Of a DNA stretch of 64,000 nt, positions 38,696-48,442 are shown piece after piece. Origin of the DNA: an uncultured Fibrobacteria bacterium. GTDB taxonomy: Bacteria > Fibrobacterota > Fibrobacteria > UBA11236. The position numbers and the translations under genes were made by a program. The notes beneath the pieces are model-generated. The model did no database searches, was not told the DNA's origin, and worked only from the letters and a program-made list of their open reading frames with translations. The DNA lies in the NCBI GenBank assembly GCA_963716395.1, contig OY970309.1, positions 672,001 to 736,000 of the forward strand, read 5' to 3'. Position 1 is the first letter of the stretch. Each line of letters starts with the position of its first letter.

Positions 38696-40252
38696 CTAAA
38701 TCTTCACGCCTAACTTCAAAGCCCAATACCATTGACTGGGAGACGTGTACATTTCCCACGGCGTTTTTCCGAAGGTCACCCAATCCCAGGTACGGGCGTG
38801 ATCGCTGGCAACCTGTCCGGAAAGCGTGATGCCCGAGGTGAGGGATCGCTCGGCATAAACCGACCATTTCCAATTATCCTTATCCCAATCGCTGGGATAG
38901 TATGGGCTGGCATTGAAGAACGGCACCGGGATGGCGTTATAGGCCGGAACCGCTGGGGAGATATAAGTCGGCAACCAGCGGGAACCGTAATACTCGACCT
39001 CGATCGACAGCACATCCAACAGCTTAAATGTCGGGGCATTGAAACCCAGCATGATCGGGATGCGCCGCCAAATATCCGTATAATAAACGGGATAGCTTTT
39101 GACGCCGAGAACAGCCGCTTCGCCGTAAAGCACCAAATCTTTTGGCCCTAGAAGATTCGATCGAATTAAAGATTTTGGGTCAAACGAAAAATACAGAACG
39201 GGTTTGATCGCCTGGGCGGTCAGCGTGTGCATTTGGGGATTGAGTTGGCCATTATGCACGCTGTCGATGACGGCGTCGCCCAAGGCCGCCTTGGCAAACT
39301 CGTCGACCAATTTTGTTGAATCCGCCGGCGAAAGCGGGCCGCTCTTCGATCCCTGGGAAGAACATTGACATACCCCGTCCAATCGGGCGGAATCCGCCGG
39401 CGAAAGACTGGGTGAGTTCAGCTTGTCGCGGATTCCCTGCTCCAGGCTTGAGTAGTAATCATAGCCCACAATTCCACCGGCCCCATTATCGTAGGGATAC
39501 CAGGCGCCATTCTCTGCAAAATAGTGGATTCTCATCTCCGGGATCGCATTTGCGCTCAAGGCGCGCGCCAGCTGAATACCTCCCCCGATTTTAAAGACAT
39601 CGTGATAATTGAATCGCGCCATGTAGGTTAAGTTCAAATCGTAAAGCGGCGTCATTTCCGTTTCGAGCGTAGCCAACAATTCATGGGAGAACATTCCCAG
39701 GGATTGGCTGAGCTTGAGGCCGGTGAGGGTGACGCTACTGGTGCCGACATAGCCGAAATTTCCGCCCGTCTCCACGATACCGGGATAGGCCCAGGTGCGA
39801 AACATGTACTCGCCCAAATTCCGGGCGTATTCATCGTATTTGTAATTGAAAATGCCGATATCCGCTTTTAAAAACGGGCGGGAGAGGTCGCCAAAGACGT
39901 AGCTCGCATCCAGACGAGGCAAGGTTACCGAGATGTTACGGACATAATTTTGCGGTGCGGCGTACTGCACCGGCGAGGCGAAATAGGTGGCGGCCAACAT
40001 GACTTCCAGCCCCAACCGCCGGTTTTTTTCCGCTTGAAAATCAATGGCCCCGCTGCTCGGAAGCATCCAGATATCATTGAGATTTCCCCCGACCTTTATG
40101 TATTCCCCGCCTCGCCTCACTTGTGTCGCTTCCTGTGACATGGACAAAGTGGGCCTGGAAAATTCCAGGGTGTCTCCGGCATCTTCCCCGAAAAGCAGAT
40201 GGCAGGGCAACGCCAAGAGCGCGAAGAACGGAGCGGTGAATTTCGCAAACAT
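38696..40252 (-). CDS. Hypothetical exported / outer membrane protein
   Basis: Signal peptide, aromatic amphipathic strands, C-terminal WYWALKLGVKI; RBS AGGAGG. Confidence 0.6.
   Translation of the reverse strand: MFAKFTAPFFALLALPCHLLFGEDAGDTLEFSRPTLSMSQEATQVRRGGEYIKVGGNLNDIWMLPSSGAIDFQAEKNRRLGLEVMLAATYFASPVQYAAPQNYVRNISVTLPRLDASYVFGDLSRPFLKADIGIFNYKYDEYARNLGEYMFRTWAYPGIVETGGNFGYVGTSSVTLTGLKLSQSLGMFSHELLATLETEMTPLYDLNLTYMARFNYHDVFKIGGGIQLARALSANAIPEMRIHYFAENGAWYPYDNGAGGIVGYDYYSSLEQGIRDKLNSPSLSPADSARLDGVCQCSSQGSKSGPLSPADSTKLVDEFAKAALGDAVIDSVHNGQLNPQMHTLTAQAIKPVLYFSFDPKSLIRSNLLGPKDLVLYGEAAVLGVKSYPVYYTDIWRRIPIMLGFNAPTFKLLDVLSIEVEYYGSRWLPTYISPAVPAYNAIPVPFFNASPYYPSDWDKDNWKWSVYAERSLTSGITLSGQVASDHARTWDWVTFGKTPWEMYTSPSQWYWALKLGVKI
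39318..39406. repeat. 17-bp direct repeat, 72 bp apart, inside the CDS
   Basis: GAATCCGCCGGCGAAAG at 39318-39334 and 39390-39406, encoding LSPADS twice. Confidence 0.8.
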
Positions 40253-40354
40253 TTCGGTCCTCCTGATCGGATCGGAATTCAGTAGCGGGGAAGGCGCTTC
40301 TTTTATGAGAAGGCGCGGTGCGAAAGGCGATTTGTCCGTGGGTTTAGGGCGGAA

Positions 40355-41566
40355 TTATTTCACCCCGATGATTTTTTCCTGAATTTTTTTGTCGCCCTTC
40401 CAGATGGTAAGAATGCGAGGCGAATGGGAAAATCGGCCCGAAACAAAGAACCAATTCGAATGATGCACTTGATAGGTCGCGAAGCGAAAGCCGCGCACAT
40501 CTTCCAGACTGAGGGAATAATCGCCCGGTTCGGAAAACAGAATGGAGAGACCGTCACGGGTGGCGTTTATTTTCGTCGCATCTTTGGGAACGATGGTATT
40601 GGGGGAAACCGCGGTGGCGGCCGGGAAAAGATCGTCTGCGAACGTCAACGTATCAATGAGAACGGAATCTCCGATGGCGGCCGAATCTTTATTCAAATAC
40701 GGGGAATCCGGCCCCCAGGGATTCTGCGTCAGCCTTTTCACCCGGAGGTTGCGGAATTTCATCCACTTTTCCCCATGATCCTGTATGTAAAAACTGCCGG
40801 AGTGGACGGTATTGTATACGCCCAGGCCCTTGTATTTACTGGCGTTATAGGCCGCATTCCAGACGGGCGTCAACATTTGATATTCCATGAGTCGCAAACC
40901 GTTCCCGTAATGGGCCGTGTGCGCACCGAAGGAAATGATGCGGGATTGATTCCAATGCCCTTCGGCTCGGCACCACGAGGGAGACAGATCCGGATTTCGC
41001 CGGGAGGGGAGAAGCGGAAGCATGTCATAATCGGCTCCGGCCGTCGTCAAGAGCGTCTTCCATTCCGAGGCCCATTCCAAATTGCAAAGCTGGTATTCCG
41101 GGGCGGAATAATTGTTGTTCGTATTTACGCTATTGCGATAACGAATCAGCATTCCGCTGTTTCCCTGCAATCCCACGACGGTTTGCCATTCCATTTTCCA
41201 ATCGAAATTCAGATAGGTGCTGTCGCTGGTAAAGAGACTGGCTCCGCTGGACGCCACTTCCAATATGTTGGAATCGGGGTCCGTACTTTCGTGCGTGTCG
41301 TTGCTTTCCAGCCCTTTGAGGGTCACGATACTCCAGTTGGCGGCGGCCGTGGGCGGACTCGGATTCGTGGTGCTGGTATTCAACAGCCATCCGGAAAAAT
41401 CTTTGCCGTTCCACAGCAATTGATAACCATCGGCCTGCTCCTGGGCGGTAAGGGCGTTATTCGGCAACCCATTCACGACCATTCCGCCGTCCACCGATTG
41501 ACCGACGGAAAACGAGATCGCGGTTAAGACAAGTACGAAAATTCCGATGTCGTTTTTGTTTCGCAC
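40355..41566 (-). CDS. Secreted DUF1080 (3-keto-disaccharide hydrolase / family 16-like) protein
   Basis: NALTAQEQADGYQLLWNGKDFSGW, NSG, PEYQL, WNQSRI, QDHG...FRNL; C-terminal tail with DVRG. Confidence 0.8.
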   Translation of the reverse strand: MRNKNDIGIFVLVLTAISFSVGQSVDGGMVVNGLPNNALTAQEQADGYQLLWNGKDFSGWLLNTSTTNPSPPTAAANWSIVTLKGLESNDTHESTDPDSNILEVASSGASLFTSDSTYLNFDWKMEWQTVVGLQGNSGMLIRYRNSVNTNNNYSAPEYQLCNLEWASEWKTLLTTAGADYDMLPLLPSRRNPDLSPSWCRAEGHWNQSRIISFGAHTAHYGNGLRLMEYQMLTPVWNAAYNASKYKGLGVYNTVHSGSFYIQDHGEKWMKFRNLRVKRLTQNPWGPDSPYLNKDSAAIGDSVLIDTLTFADDLFPAATAVSPNTIVPKDATKINATRDGLSILFSEPGDYSLSLEDVRGFRFATYQVHHSNWFFVSGRFSHSPRILTIWKGDKKIQEKIIGVK

Positions 41567-41866
41567 GCGCCTCTCCCAGGACTCGCAGCTTCTCGTCTTT
41601 CGCTTGGATTTGAATATAAGTCTCCGCCCACGGCGGTTGTTGGCGTTTTGGGAGGGCCGAATTCGTTAATTGCGTTAACGATTTTATTTTTTACTGCGCA
41701 AAGCAGTCTTTCCGGAAATTTATTGTACCCCGCATGACGGCCCTGGTTATACAGGCCCACTTCAATCGGGGCGCTCCAGAGGTATTCGTGGCCCGACTTG
41801 CGGAGGAAGCCCCACAAAGCCTCCCGACCGCGGGCCCGTTACCCCGTTTCCTATTTTTCCTCGCCG

Positions 41867-42487
41867 ATGAAAACTTTGCCGCATCTCTTCGCACAAAACC
41901 GACAATGGGCTTCCGGCATTTTGAAAAACCGGCCGGATTTTTTCAAGGTGCTGTCAAAACAGCAATCCCCGGAATATTTGTGGATCGGCTGCGCCGACAG
42001 CCGCGTGCCGGCCAATGAAATCGTCAACCTGTTGCCGGGCGAGCTGTTCGTGCACCGCAACGTCGCCAACCTGGTCAAGCACACCGACATGAATTGCCTG
42101 TCGGTGTTGCAGTTCGCCATCGACATCCTCAAGGTCAAGCACATCATCGTCTGCGGTCATTACGGCTGCGGGGGCGTGCGCGCGGCCATGGAAGATCGGC
42201 CGCACGGTTTGGTCGACAACTGGATTCGCAGCATCCGTGACATCTACTTGCAGAACCGGAAATTGTTGGCCGGATCGAAAGAAGCCAAGGTCGACAAACT
42301 GTGCGAACTCAACGTGGTGAGCCAGGTCTACAACGTGTGCCAGACCACGGTGGTGCAGGAGGCCTGGAAACGCGGGCAGAACCTTTCCATCCACGGTTGG
42401 ATTTACAGCCTGAAAGACGGGTTGCTGAAAGACCTCGACGTCGGCGTGCACAAGAACAAAGACGTGGTCAAATTGGAATTGAAATAG
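41867..42487 (+). CDS. can: Beta-class carbonic anhydrase
   Basis: WIGCADSRVP, GELFVHRNVAN, CGHYGCGG, HGWIY..KDG. Confidence 0.95.
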   Translation: MKTLPHLFAQNRQWASGILKNRPDFFKVLSKQQSPEYLWIGCADSRVPANEIVNLLPGELFVHRNVANLVKHTDMNCLSVLQFAIDILKVKHIIVCGHYGCGGVRAAMEDRPHGLVDNWIRSIRDIYLQNRKLLAGSKEAKVDKLCELNVVSQVYNVCQTTVVQEAWKRGQNLSIHGWIYSLKDGLLKDLDVGVHKNKDVVKLELK

Positions 42488-42522
42488 ACGCCTACCGAGC
42501 GGCGGGATCAATTCGGGTGGGC

Positions 42523-42557
42523 AAAAAAAATGCGGCAGACGAAGTCCGCCGCATTTT
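42523..42557. terminator. Bidirectional rho-independent terminator
   Basis: AAAAAAAATGCGGC-AGACGAAGTCC-GCCGCATTTT between convergent genes. Confidence 0.8.
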
Positions 42558-42576
42558 GACCCTAAAATCAGGCGGA

Positions 42577-43341
42577 TTAATGCTGGGCCAGGAACTCCTT
42601 GAGCTTGGCGTAATTAAGCGCCTTCTTCTTTTTGGCCGTATCCTTGGCGTCGATGATGGCGTACACCTCGTCGCAATATTTGTCGAGGAAGGCCCAGGTG
42701 ATCTGCTGCTTACGCGCCCAGGTGATGCACATCGGCCCCTTGGTCGTGTAGCCCGAGACGTATACGTAATGCCCGCCCCACGAACCGGGGGCTGAACCGC
42801 TGCCCGACGCCACGTCCCACGGCTTGCCCGCCTGGAATTGGGCCTGGGCCGATTTCGGCAGGTTGAGCCCCAAGCCCACGCCCACGTCGAGAAAAACGGC
42901 CTGCTTGACCAAGTTGTGGTTTTTCGGCGCGATTTCCGAATAGGCCTGAATCTTATAGTCCTGGCCGGCGACGGTCCAACCTTGTTTGCGCCAATCGCTG
43001 AGCGAATCCAGCACCACCAGGCCCGTGTCTTTACCCCCGGACTCTTTGAAATACTCGTTCTCCACGTCCTGGGTGGTAATGTCGAGCACCTTGCCCTGCT
43101 CGAGCAATTCGAAGCGCAAGGTCTGATGCGCCCGGCCGGCCATGACGCAATCGCCGTATTGATCATTGCCGAACATGGGAAGGGGAATGTTCTTGTGCGT
43201 GAGATCGAAATCGTATTCCGTGGGAATTTTCGGAGCCGCCTTCAGGATCGCGGCGAACATGAGATTGCGCTTATCGCGTTTGGCCTTGGCTTTTCCGAGT
43301 TTGAAAAGTGGGTGGTCATGGATGCCTTTGGAATCGCTCAT
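42577..43341 (-). CDS. Papain-like (C1-type) cysteine peptidase domain protein
   Basis: GNDQYGDCV (Cys), GGHYVYVSGY (His), ITWA; RBS AAGGAG. Confidence 0.65.
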   Translation of the reverse strand: MSDSKGIHDHPLFKLGKAKAKRDKRNLMFAAILKAAPKIPTEYDFDLTHKNIPLPMFGNDQYGDCVMAGRAHQTLRFELLEQGKVLDITTQDVENEYFKESGGKDTGLVVLDSLSDWRKQGWTVAGQDYKIQAYSEIAPKNHNLVKQAVFLDVGVGLGLNLPKSAQAQFQAGKPWDVASGSGSAPGSWGGHYVYVSGYTTKGPMCITWARKQQITWAFLDKYCDEVYAIIDAKDTAKKKKALNYAKLKEFLAQH

Positions 43342-43634
43342 TTTTTCTCCTTCGAAACTTGTAAGTATTCGTTTTTACAGCCCTTACCCGGGGGGGAAAG
43401 TATCAAATAAGGGAAAGCGCGTCATAAAGCATCGCGGCGACTTGCCACTAAGAATCGTGGCATGCGCGTGAGTGGGCGCCCGTTCCCGTTCAAAGCGGAG
43501 TATCAACGGACGGATGTCGGTCCGGAACGGTGCGGGAACGGACCCACCCGAGGGCAAACCCGTCTGCCGGAAACGTTGGGACCCTCGCTGGAGTCCGCAA
43601 CCCGGCCAGACCCGGCGAGTTAGATTTTCGGCGC

Positions 43635-46600
43635 ATGTCCCGGCCGAGGTTGAAGTTCCGGCTGCTCGCCTGGTTAGGCGTCGTCGCCGCCGGTGCGGCC
43701 TGGGGGGAAAAGCCGCAGGTCTTGGAAACGACTTCACACCATTACCGCATCTACTATGCAAAAAGGGATGCGGACGTGGCCGGCGAAGTGCTGCAGGTCG
43801 CCGAGGCCGTGTGGCCGACTCTGGCGCGCGCCTATGATGCCTACGACAATTATCAGACCATCGATATTTTCCTCGAAGATCCGGGAGATTACGCCAACGG
43901 CGACGCAATTTACGAATACTCGCGGGTCGAAATCTATTTGCCCCATTTGAATTGGGTGGTGCGCGGCCGGCGCAATTGGGTGGGCAATGTCACCACGCAT
44001 GAAATCGCGCATGTGTTCAGCCTGCGGCAAAAGGCGCGCTTGTGGATTTTCGACGACGCCACCTTGGGCGGTTACACCTTCAACCGCCAAATCAATTGGG
44101 GTCTGCTGCTGCCGTGGGTGCCCCTGGTGGCGCCGAGCTGGTGGGTCGAGGGGATCGCCCAATTCGAATCGGCGCAGGCGGGATTCGACACCTGGGATTC
44201 GCAGCGCGACATGATCGTGCGCGACGCATGGCTCACCCATTCGCTGCCCACCTTGGGGGAAATCGAAACCTATGACGGCGACTGGCTGCAGGGCGAGCGC
44301 GTGTATAATACCGGCTTCGCCTTTCTCCGTTACTTGCGCGACCGCTACGGTCTGGACCAAGTGCGCGCGCTGGCTTTTCCCAAACCCTTTTTCAATTTCG
44401 ACGGCGCGGTGCGCACGGTGTTCGGAAAATCGCTGCCCGACCTTTACGCCGAGTGGCAAAGCACCTTGATCGACCGCTACGGGGATTTCCAATACCTGCC
44501 CCGCGACACCGTGGTCGATCGCGACATCACCGGAAGTTTCAACCAAAGTCTCGCCTTCTCCCCCGACGGTCGGTACCTGGCTTGGCTGGGGAACGGGAAT
44601 CGCGAGGCACCCCTCAATTGGATTTACTGGAAGGAACTCGACGGCCAGTCCGCGGGGCATTCGGCGGCTACGGTGACCCTGCCGCGCGCCCCCGCACAAA
44701 AGGCCGTTCCCTTGCCGGAAAATCCGGCCCAACCCCTGGTGGAGGGGTTCAACCTGCCGACCCTCTTGCGTTTTGCCGGCCATCCCCTATTGCGCCGGGC
44801 CGCGCCCTTGCCGGTGGAATACGCCCGGCAACCCATCGACCGGCCGATGGGGCACAGCGAGGAGATCTATTCGGCCGGCCTGGAATTCAGCCGGGACGGC
44901 AAACGCCTGTTGACCACGCGCAACGACTGGTATTCACCCTACAGCGACATCTGGGAATACGAATTCCGGACCGACAAATCCGAAGCGGAAAAATGGCATC
45001 GCCTCACCTGGAACATCCGCGCCAGCGATGCGAGCTACCATCCCATTTTGCCGCGCACCATCGTGTTCTCCATGTTCGACGACGGCAGCTCCAATGTGGC
45101 CGTGCTCGACAGTACGGGGCGCATCCACCAGCTTACCCGCTTCCGCGAAGGCGAGCAGGTGTACAACCCGCGCTTCACTCCCCGGGGCGACAGCATCTAT
45201 TTCACCCTGGGCATCGGAGGCCGGGAAGCCATCGCCGCCATTCCCGCCGACGCGCCGGGTTACGACGCGTTTGCTTCACTCGACGACTCGGCCCAATTTC
45301 CCGACTCGCTGTACTTGGCCCGGGGCGATCGCATCCGCTTCGAAACGCCGCTCGGCCCGGGATCTTACCGCGACCTGCGTTTCGCGGGCGATACCTTGCT
45401 GGTGTCGTCGAACCAACGCGACGGCGTTTTCAACGTGTTCGCGCGGCTGCCGCATGACTCGGTGCTCTACCGGCTGACGCGCGATCGCACGCAAGCGCTC
45501 GAACCGCTCCTGCGCGATCACACCCTCTATTTTCAGGGGTACGCGCACCAGCACTTCACGCTGTTCCGCACCGCGCTCACGCTCGACTCGGCGGGAGTTT
45601 GGCCGGCCGCCGCCGATTCGCTGCCGGTGGAGCGCCCCAAAAAAAAAGACTACACCAAGGTCGCCGAAACCGACGAGCCCACGGTGCGCAAGGTGGCCTG
45701 GGACATCTCGCCCTATCTCGACCTGTCGCCGCAATTCCTCAATGACACCAACTTGACCAGCCTCAACCTCAATGTGGGTCTCAACCTCGCGCTCGGCCCG
45801 CTGTCGGGCGGCTTGGCGCAGAGCTTCGGGGGCTATCTGTCCAAGCGGGCGGATTTGGAAACACCCCTGGATTACGGGGCGGAGTACGCGGGCACCTGGT
45901 CGGGGGTCACGACTTGGCACCAGCGATTTGGGTGGACCCCCAACCTCGCTTACACCTTCACCCATGACGTGCGCCACTTGAATTCCAACAGCGGGATCAT
46001 CGACACCATTCCCACGACCACCGGCGCCGATCCGGCGCGCCTGGACGATCAGGCCCAAAACCAGGTGACCTACGCCTATGACATGGCTTCGGCCTTCATG
46101 GATTTGCCGCTCAACGGCATGCGTCTGGGTCCCGGCTTCATCGGGGTATTGTGGTATGGCCGCTATTGGAACGAAAACGTGACCTATGACGCCTCTGAAA
46201 CCGCGACGCTCACCGATCTGCTCACGGGGCAACAGCAGCGGTTCGCGCAGAATTACCATCTGTTCGACGCCTCCCTGCAACGGCATTTCTTCGACCAAGT
46301 CGCCGTGCAATGGGTGGTGCCGGCCTTCGCCACGCCGCTGCCGCGCTACCTCGGGTTCTTTGCCGATCTCGGGCAATGGTGGACGCGTTATGCTTTGGAT
46401 CCCGTGCCCACTGATTCTTTGCAAGCGGCGCGCAGCTTGGCCATCGCGCAAGGTCAGCCGGTGCCGCTGTATGAATTTCCCCAAAGCGATTTCAATCCCT
46501 GGCAAACCGATTTCGGCTGGTTCTGGTCCTGGTCGGCCGGAACCCATTTTCAAGTGTCTTTCCAAAACCAATTCGGCATGTTCACGCACAAATTTCCGAC

Positions 46601-47159
46601 CGTCACCGACACTGTGGCGGTTTATCCCGGCGACGACACCACGGTCGAGGTCCCCCATCCCAATCTCTGGGTCATGCCGTATCGGCTCGGTCTGTACATG
46701 ATGCCCGGGTATCCGTACAGTTTCATTTACCGCGGTCAAGACGTGCTCGCGGGGACGGCCATGGGCTGGGCGCATGTGCAAATCGATGTGCCCGTGAAGA
46801 TTCGGAAATTCCTGCCCTATCCTTCGCCGCTCAGTTCGCTGAACAAGGTGCAGTTCAGTTTGATGGGCGATGCCGGCGCGGCGCTGAACCGAACCCCCGA
46901 TGAAATCGCGCAGGCCTTGGAGAACGGCGAGCAACACCTGCTGCTCGACTACGGTGGCAAGCTTGGAGTCACCTTCTTGTTCTACCATCAGATTCCCATG
47001 GAACTGTACGGAACCGTCTACATGCCTTACAATCAGCTTCGCAGCGGTGACGCATTTTACGGCGATTGGGCCGCGCAGGGATATGCTTCGCCGCAAGCCT
47101 ATCTGCGCAACGTGCAGGAACCGCGCTATTTCGTAGGCTTCACCATCGGCAATCTGTAA
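43635..47159 (+). CDS. Large outer membrane protein: gluzincin-type metallopeptidase, TolB-like propeller and C-terminal barrel
   Basis: Signal peptide, THEIAH + WWVEGIA, FSPDG/FSRDG/FTPRG propeller repeats, aromatic strand-rich C-terminus. Confidence 0.72.
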   Translation: MSRPRLKFRLLAWLGVVAAGAAWGEKPQVLETTSHHYRIYYAKRDADVAGEVLQVAEAVWPTLARAYDAYDNYQTIDIFLEDPGDYANGDAIYEYSRVEIYLPHLNWVVRGRRNWVGNVTTHEIAHVFSLRQKARLWIFDDATLGGYTFNRQINWGLLLPWVPLVAPSWWVEGIAQFESAQAGFDTWDSQRDMIVRDAWLTHSLPTLGEIETYDGDWLQGERVYNTGFAFLRYLRDRYGLDQVRALAFPKPFFNFDGAVRTVFGKSLPDLYAEWQSTLIDRYGDFQYLPRDTVVDRDITGSFNQSLAFSPDGRYLAWLGNGNREAPLNWIYWKELDGQSAGHSAATVTLPRAPAQKAVPLPENPAQPLVEGFNLPTLLRFAGHPLLRRAAPLPVEYARQPIDRPMGHSEEIYSAGLEFSRDGKRLLTTRNDWYSPYSDIWEYEFRTDKSEAEKWHRLTWNIRASDASYHPILPRTIVFSMFDDGSSNVAVLDSTGRIHQLTRFREGEQVYNPRFTPRGDSIYFTLGIGGREAIAAIPADAPGYDAFASLDDSAQFPDSLYLARGDRIRFETPLGPGSYRDLRFAGDTLLVSSNQRDGVFNVFARLPHDSVLYRLTRDRTQALEPLLRDHTLYFQGYAHQHFTLFRTALTLDSAGVWPAAADSLPVERPKKKDYTKVAETDEPTVRKVAWDISPYLDLSPQFLNDTNLTSLNLNVGLNLALGPLSGGLAQSFGGYLSKRADLETPLDYGAEYAGTWSGVTTWHQRFGWTPNLAYTFTHDVRHLNSNSGIIDTIPTTTGADPARLDDQAQNQVTYAYDMASAFMDLPLNGMRLGPGFIGVLWYGRYWNENVTYDASETATLTDLLTGQQQRFAQNYHLFDASLQRHFFDQVAVQWVVPAFATPLPRYLGFFADLGQWWTRYALDPVPTDSLQAARSLAIAQGQPVPLYEFPQSDFNPWQTDFGWFWSWSAGTHFQVSFQNQFGMFTHKFPTVTDTVAVYPGDDTTVEVPHPNLWVMPYRLGLYMMPGYPYSFIYRGQDVLAGTAMGWAHVQIDVPVKIRKFLPYPSPLSSLNKVQFSLMGDAGAALNRTPDEIAQALENGEQHLLLDYGGKLGVTFLFYHQIPMELYGTVYMPYNQLRSGDAFYGDWAAQGYASPQAYLRNVQEPRYFVGFTIGNL

Positions 47160-47205
47160 TCCCCTCGGCCGCGACGGCGTCAAGAAATACATTTTTCGGG
47201 TTACC

Positions 47206-48435
47206 ATGAAACCCAGAGGATTCACCACTTCGCTGTTGCACAGCGATCGCCTCGGCCACCCCGAGCACGGATCGCTGCACAAACCCATTCACACCTCCAT
47301 CGCCTACGGGTACGCTCAGGCCGAAGATTTGGCCGCGGTGTTCCAGAACCGCGCCAAAGGCTATGCCTATGCGCGCCAGGCCAACCCCACGGTTTCAGCG
47401 CTCGAAGCCAAGGTCACCACCCTGGAGCAAGGCGTGGGCACGGTGTGCTTCGCCACCGGCATGGCGGCCTTCGGGGCCCTGGCGCTGGCCTTGCTGCGCC
47501 GCGGCGATCACGTGGTGGCCAGCCGCTACCTGTTCGGTAATACCGCCAGTCTGCTCAACACCTTGAACGGCTTGGGGGCCTCGGTTTCCTTTGTCGACGC
47601 CACCGACGCCCGTAATGTGGCGGCCGAGCTGCGGCCCGAAACCCGCCTGGTCCTGGTGGAAACCATCGCCAATCCCGTGACCCAGGTGGCCGACTTGCAG
47701 GCCATCGGGGCCTTGTGCCGGGAACATCGTTTGGTGTATGTCATCGACAACACCATGACCACGCCGTATTTGTTTCTGCCCAAAACCGTGGGAGCCGCCT
47801 TTGCCTGGAATTCGCTGTCGAAATATTTCGGCGGCCACGGCGACGCCTTGGGCGGCAGCATGACCGATTTGGGCCAATTCGATTGGACCCAATATCCGAA
47901 CATCCTCGATCTCTACAAAGGCGGCGACGCGAAGCAATGGGCCTTGCTGCAATTGCGCAAAAAGGGGTTGCGCGACTTCGGCGGCACCTTGGCCCCCGAA
48001 GCCGCGCATGTTTTGTCGGTAGGCTCCGAAACCTTGGCGTTACGCATGGAGCGCTGCTGCGCCAGCGCGCAGAAGCTGGCCGAACTGTTACAGAGCCATC
48101 CCGAGGTGGCGAAAACGCATTATCCCGGCCTGGACTCGCATCCCCAGCACGCCCGGGCCGGCGCCCTGTTCGCGCGCCCCGGCGCCTTGCTCAGCTTCGA
48201 ACTCGACCCGAAGGTCGACACCTTCGCCTGCCTCGACCGCCTGCAGGTGGGCGTGCTGTCGAGCAACCTCGGCGATGCACGCACTTTGGTGATCCCCGTC
48301 GCACAAACAATATTCTGGGAATTGGGTCCGCAGAAACGGGCCGAAATGGGAATCGCCGAATCTTTGGTGCGCGTGTCGGTGGGCCTCGAAGACGCCGAGG
48401 ATTTGCTCGGGGATTTCGCCCAGGCTTTGGGGTAA
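47206..48435 (+). CDS. Cystathionine gamma-synthase / O-acylhomoserine sulfhydrylase family PLP enzyme
   Basis: [51 protein letters not shown]. Confidence 0.88.
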   Translation: MKPRGFTTSLLHSDRLGHPEHGSLHKPIHTSIAYGYAQAEDLAAVFQNRAKGYAYARQANPTVSALEAKVTTLEQGVGTVCFATGMAAFGALALALLRRGDHVVASRYLFGNTASLLNTLNGLGASVSFVDATDARNVAAELRPETRLVLVETIANPVTQVADLQAIGALCREHRLVYVIDNTMTTPYLFLPKTVGAAFAWNSLSKYFGGHGDALGGSMTDLGQFDWTQYPNILDLYKGGDAKQWALLQLRKKGLRDFGGTLAPEAAHVLSVGSETLALRMERCCASAQKLAELLQSHPEVAKTHYPGLDSHPQHARAGALFARPGALLSFELDPKVDTFACLDRLQVGVLSSNLGDARTLVIPVAQTIFWELGPQKRAEMGIAESLVRVSVGLEDAEDLLGDFAQALG

Positions 48436-48442
48436 CCCGCTC

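Noticed and set aside
43551-43600. GGGCAAACC...GAAA...GGGAC resembling a c-di-GMP-I riboswitch
   Set aside because: The stem around GAAA is asymmetric, and the conserved GCAAA and P3 elements after GGGAC are absent
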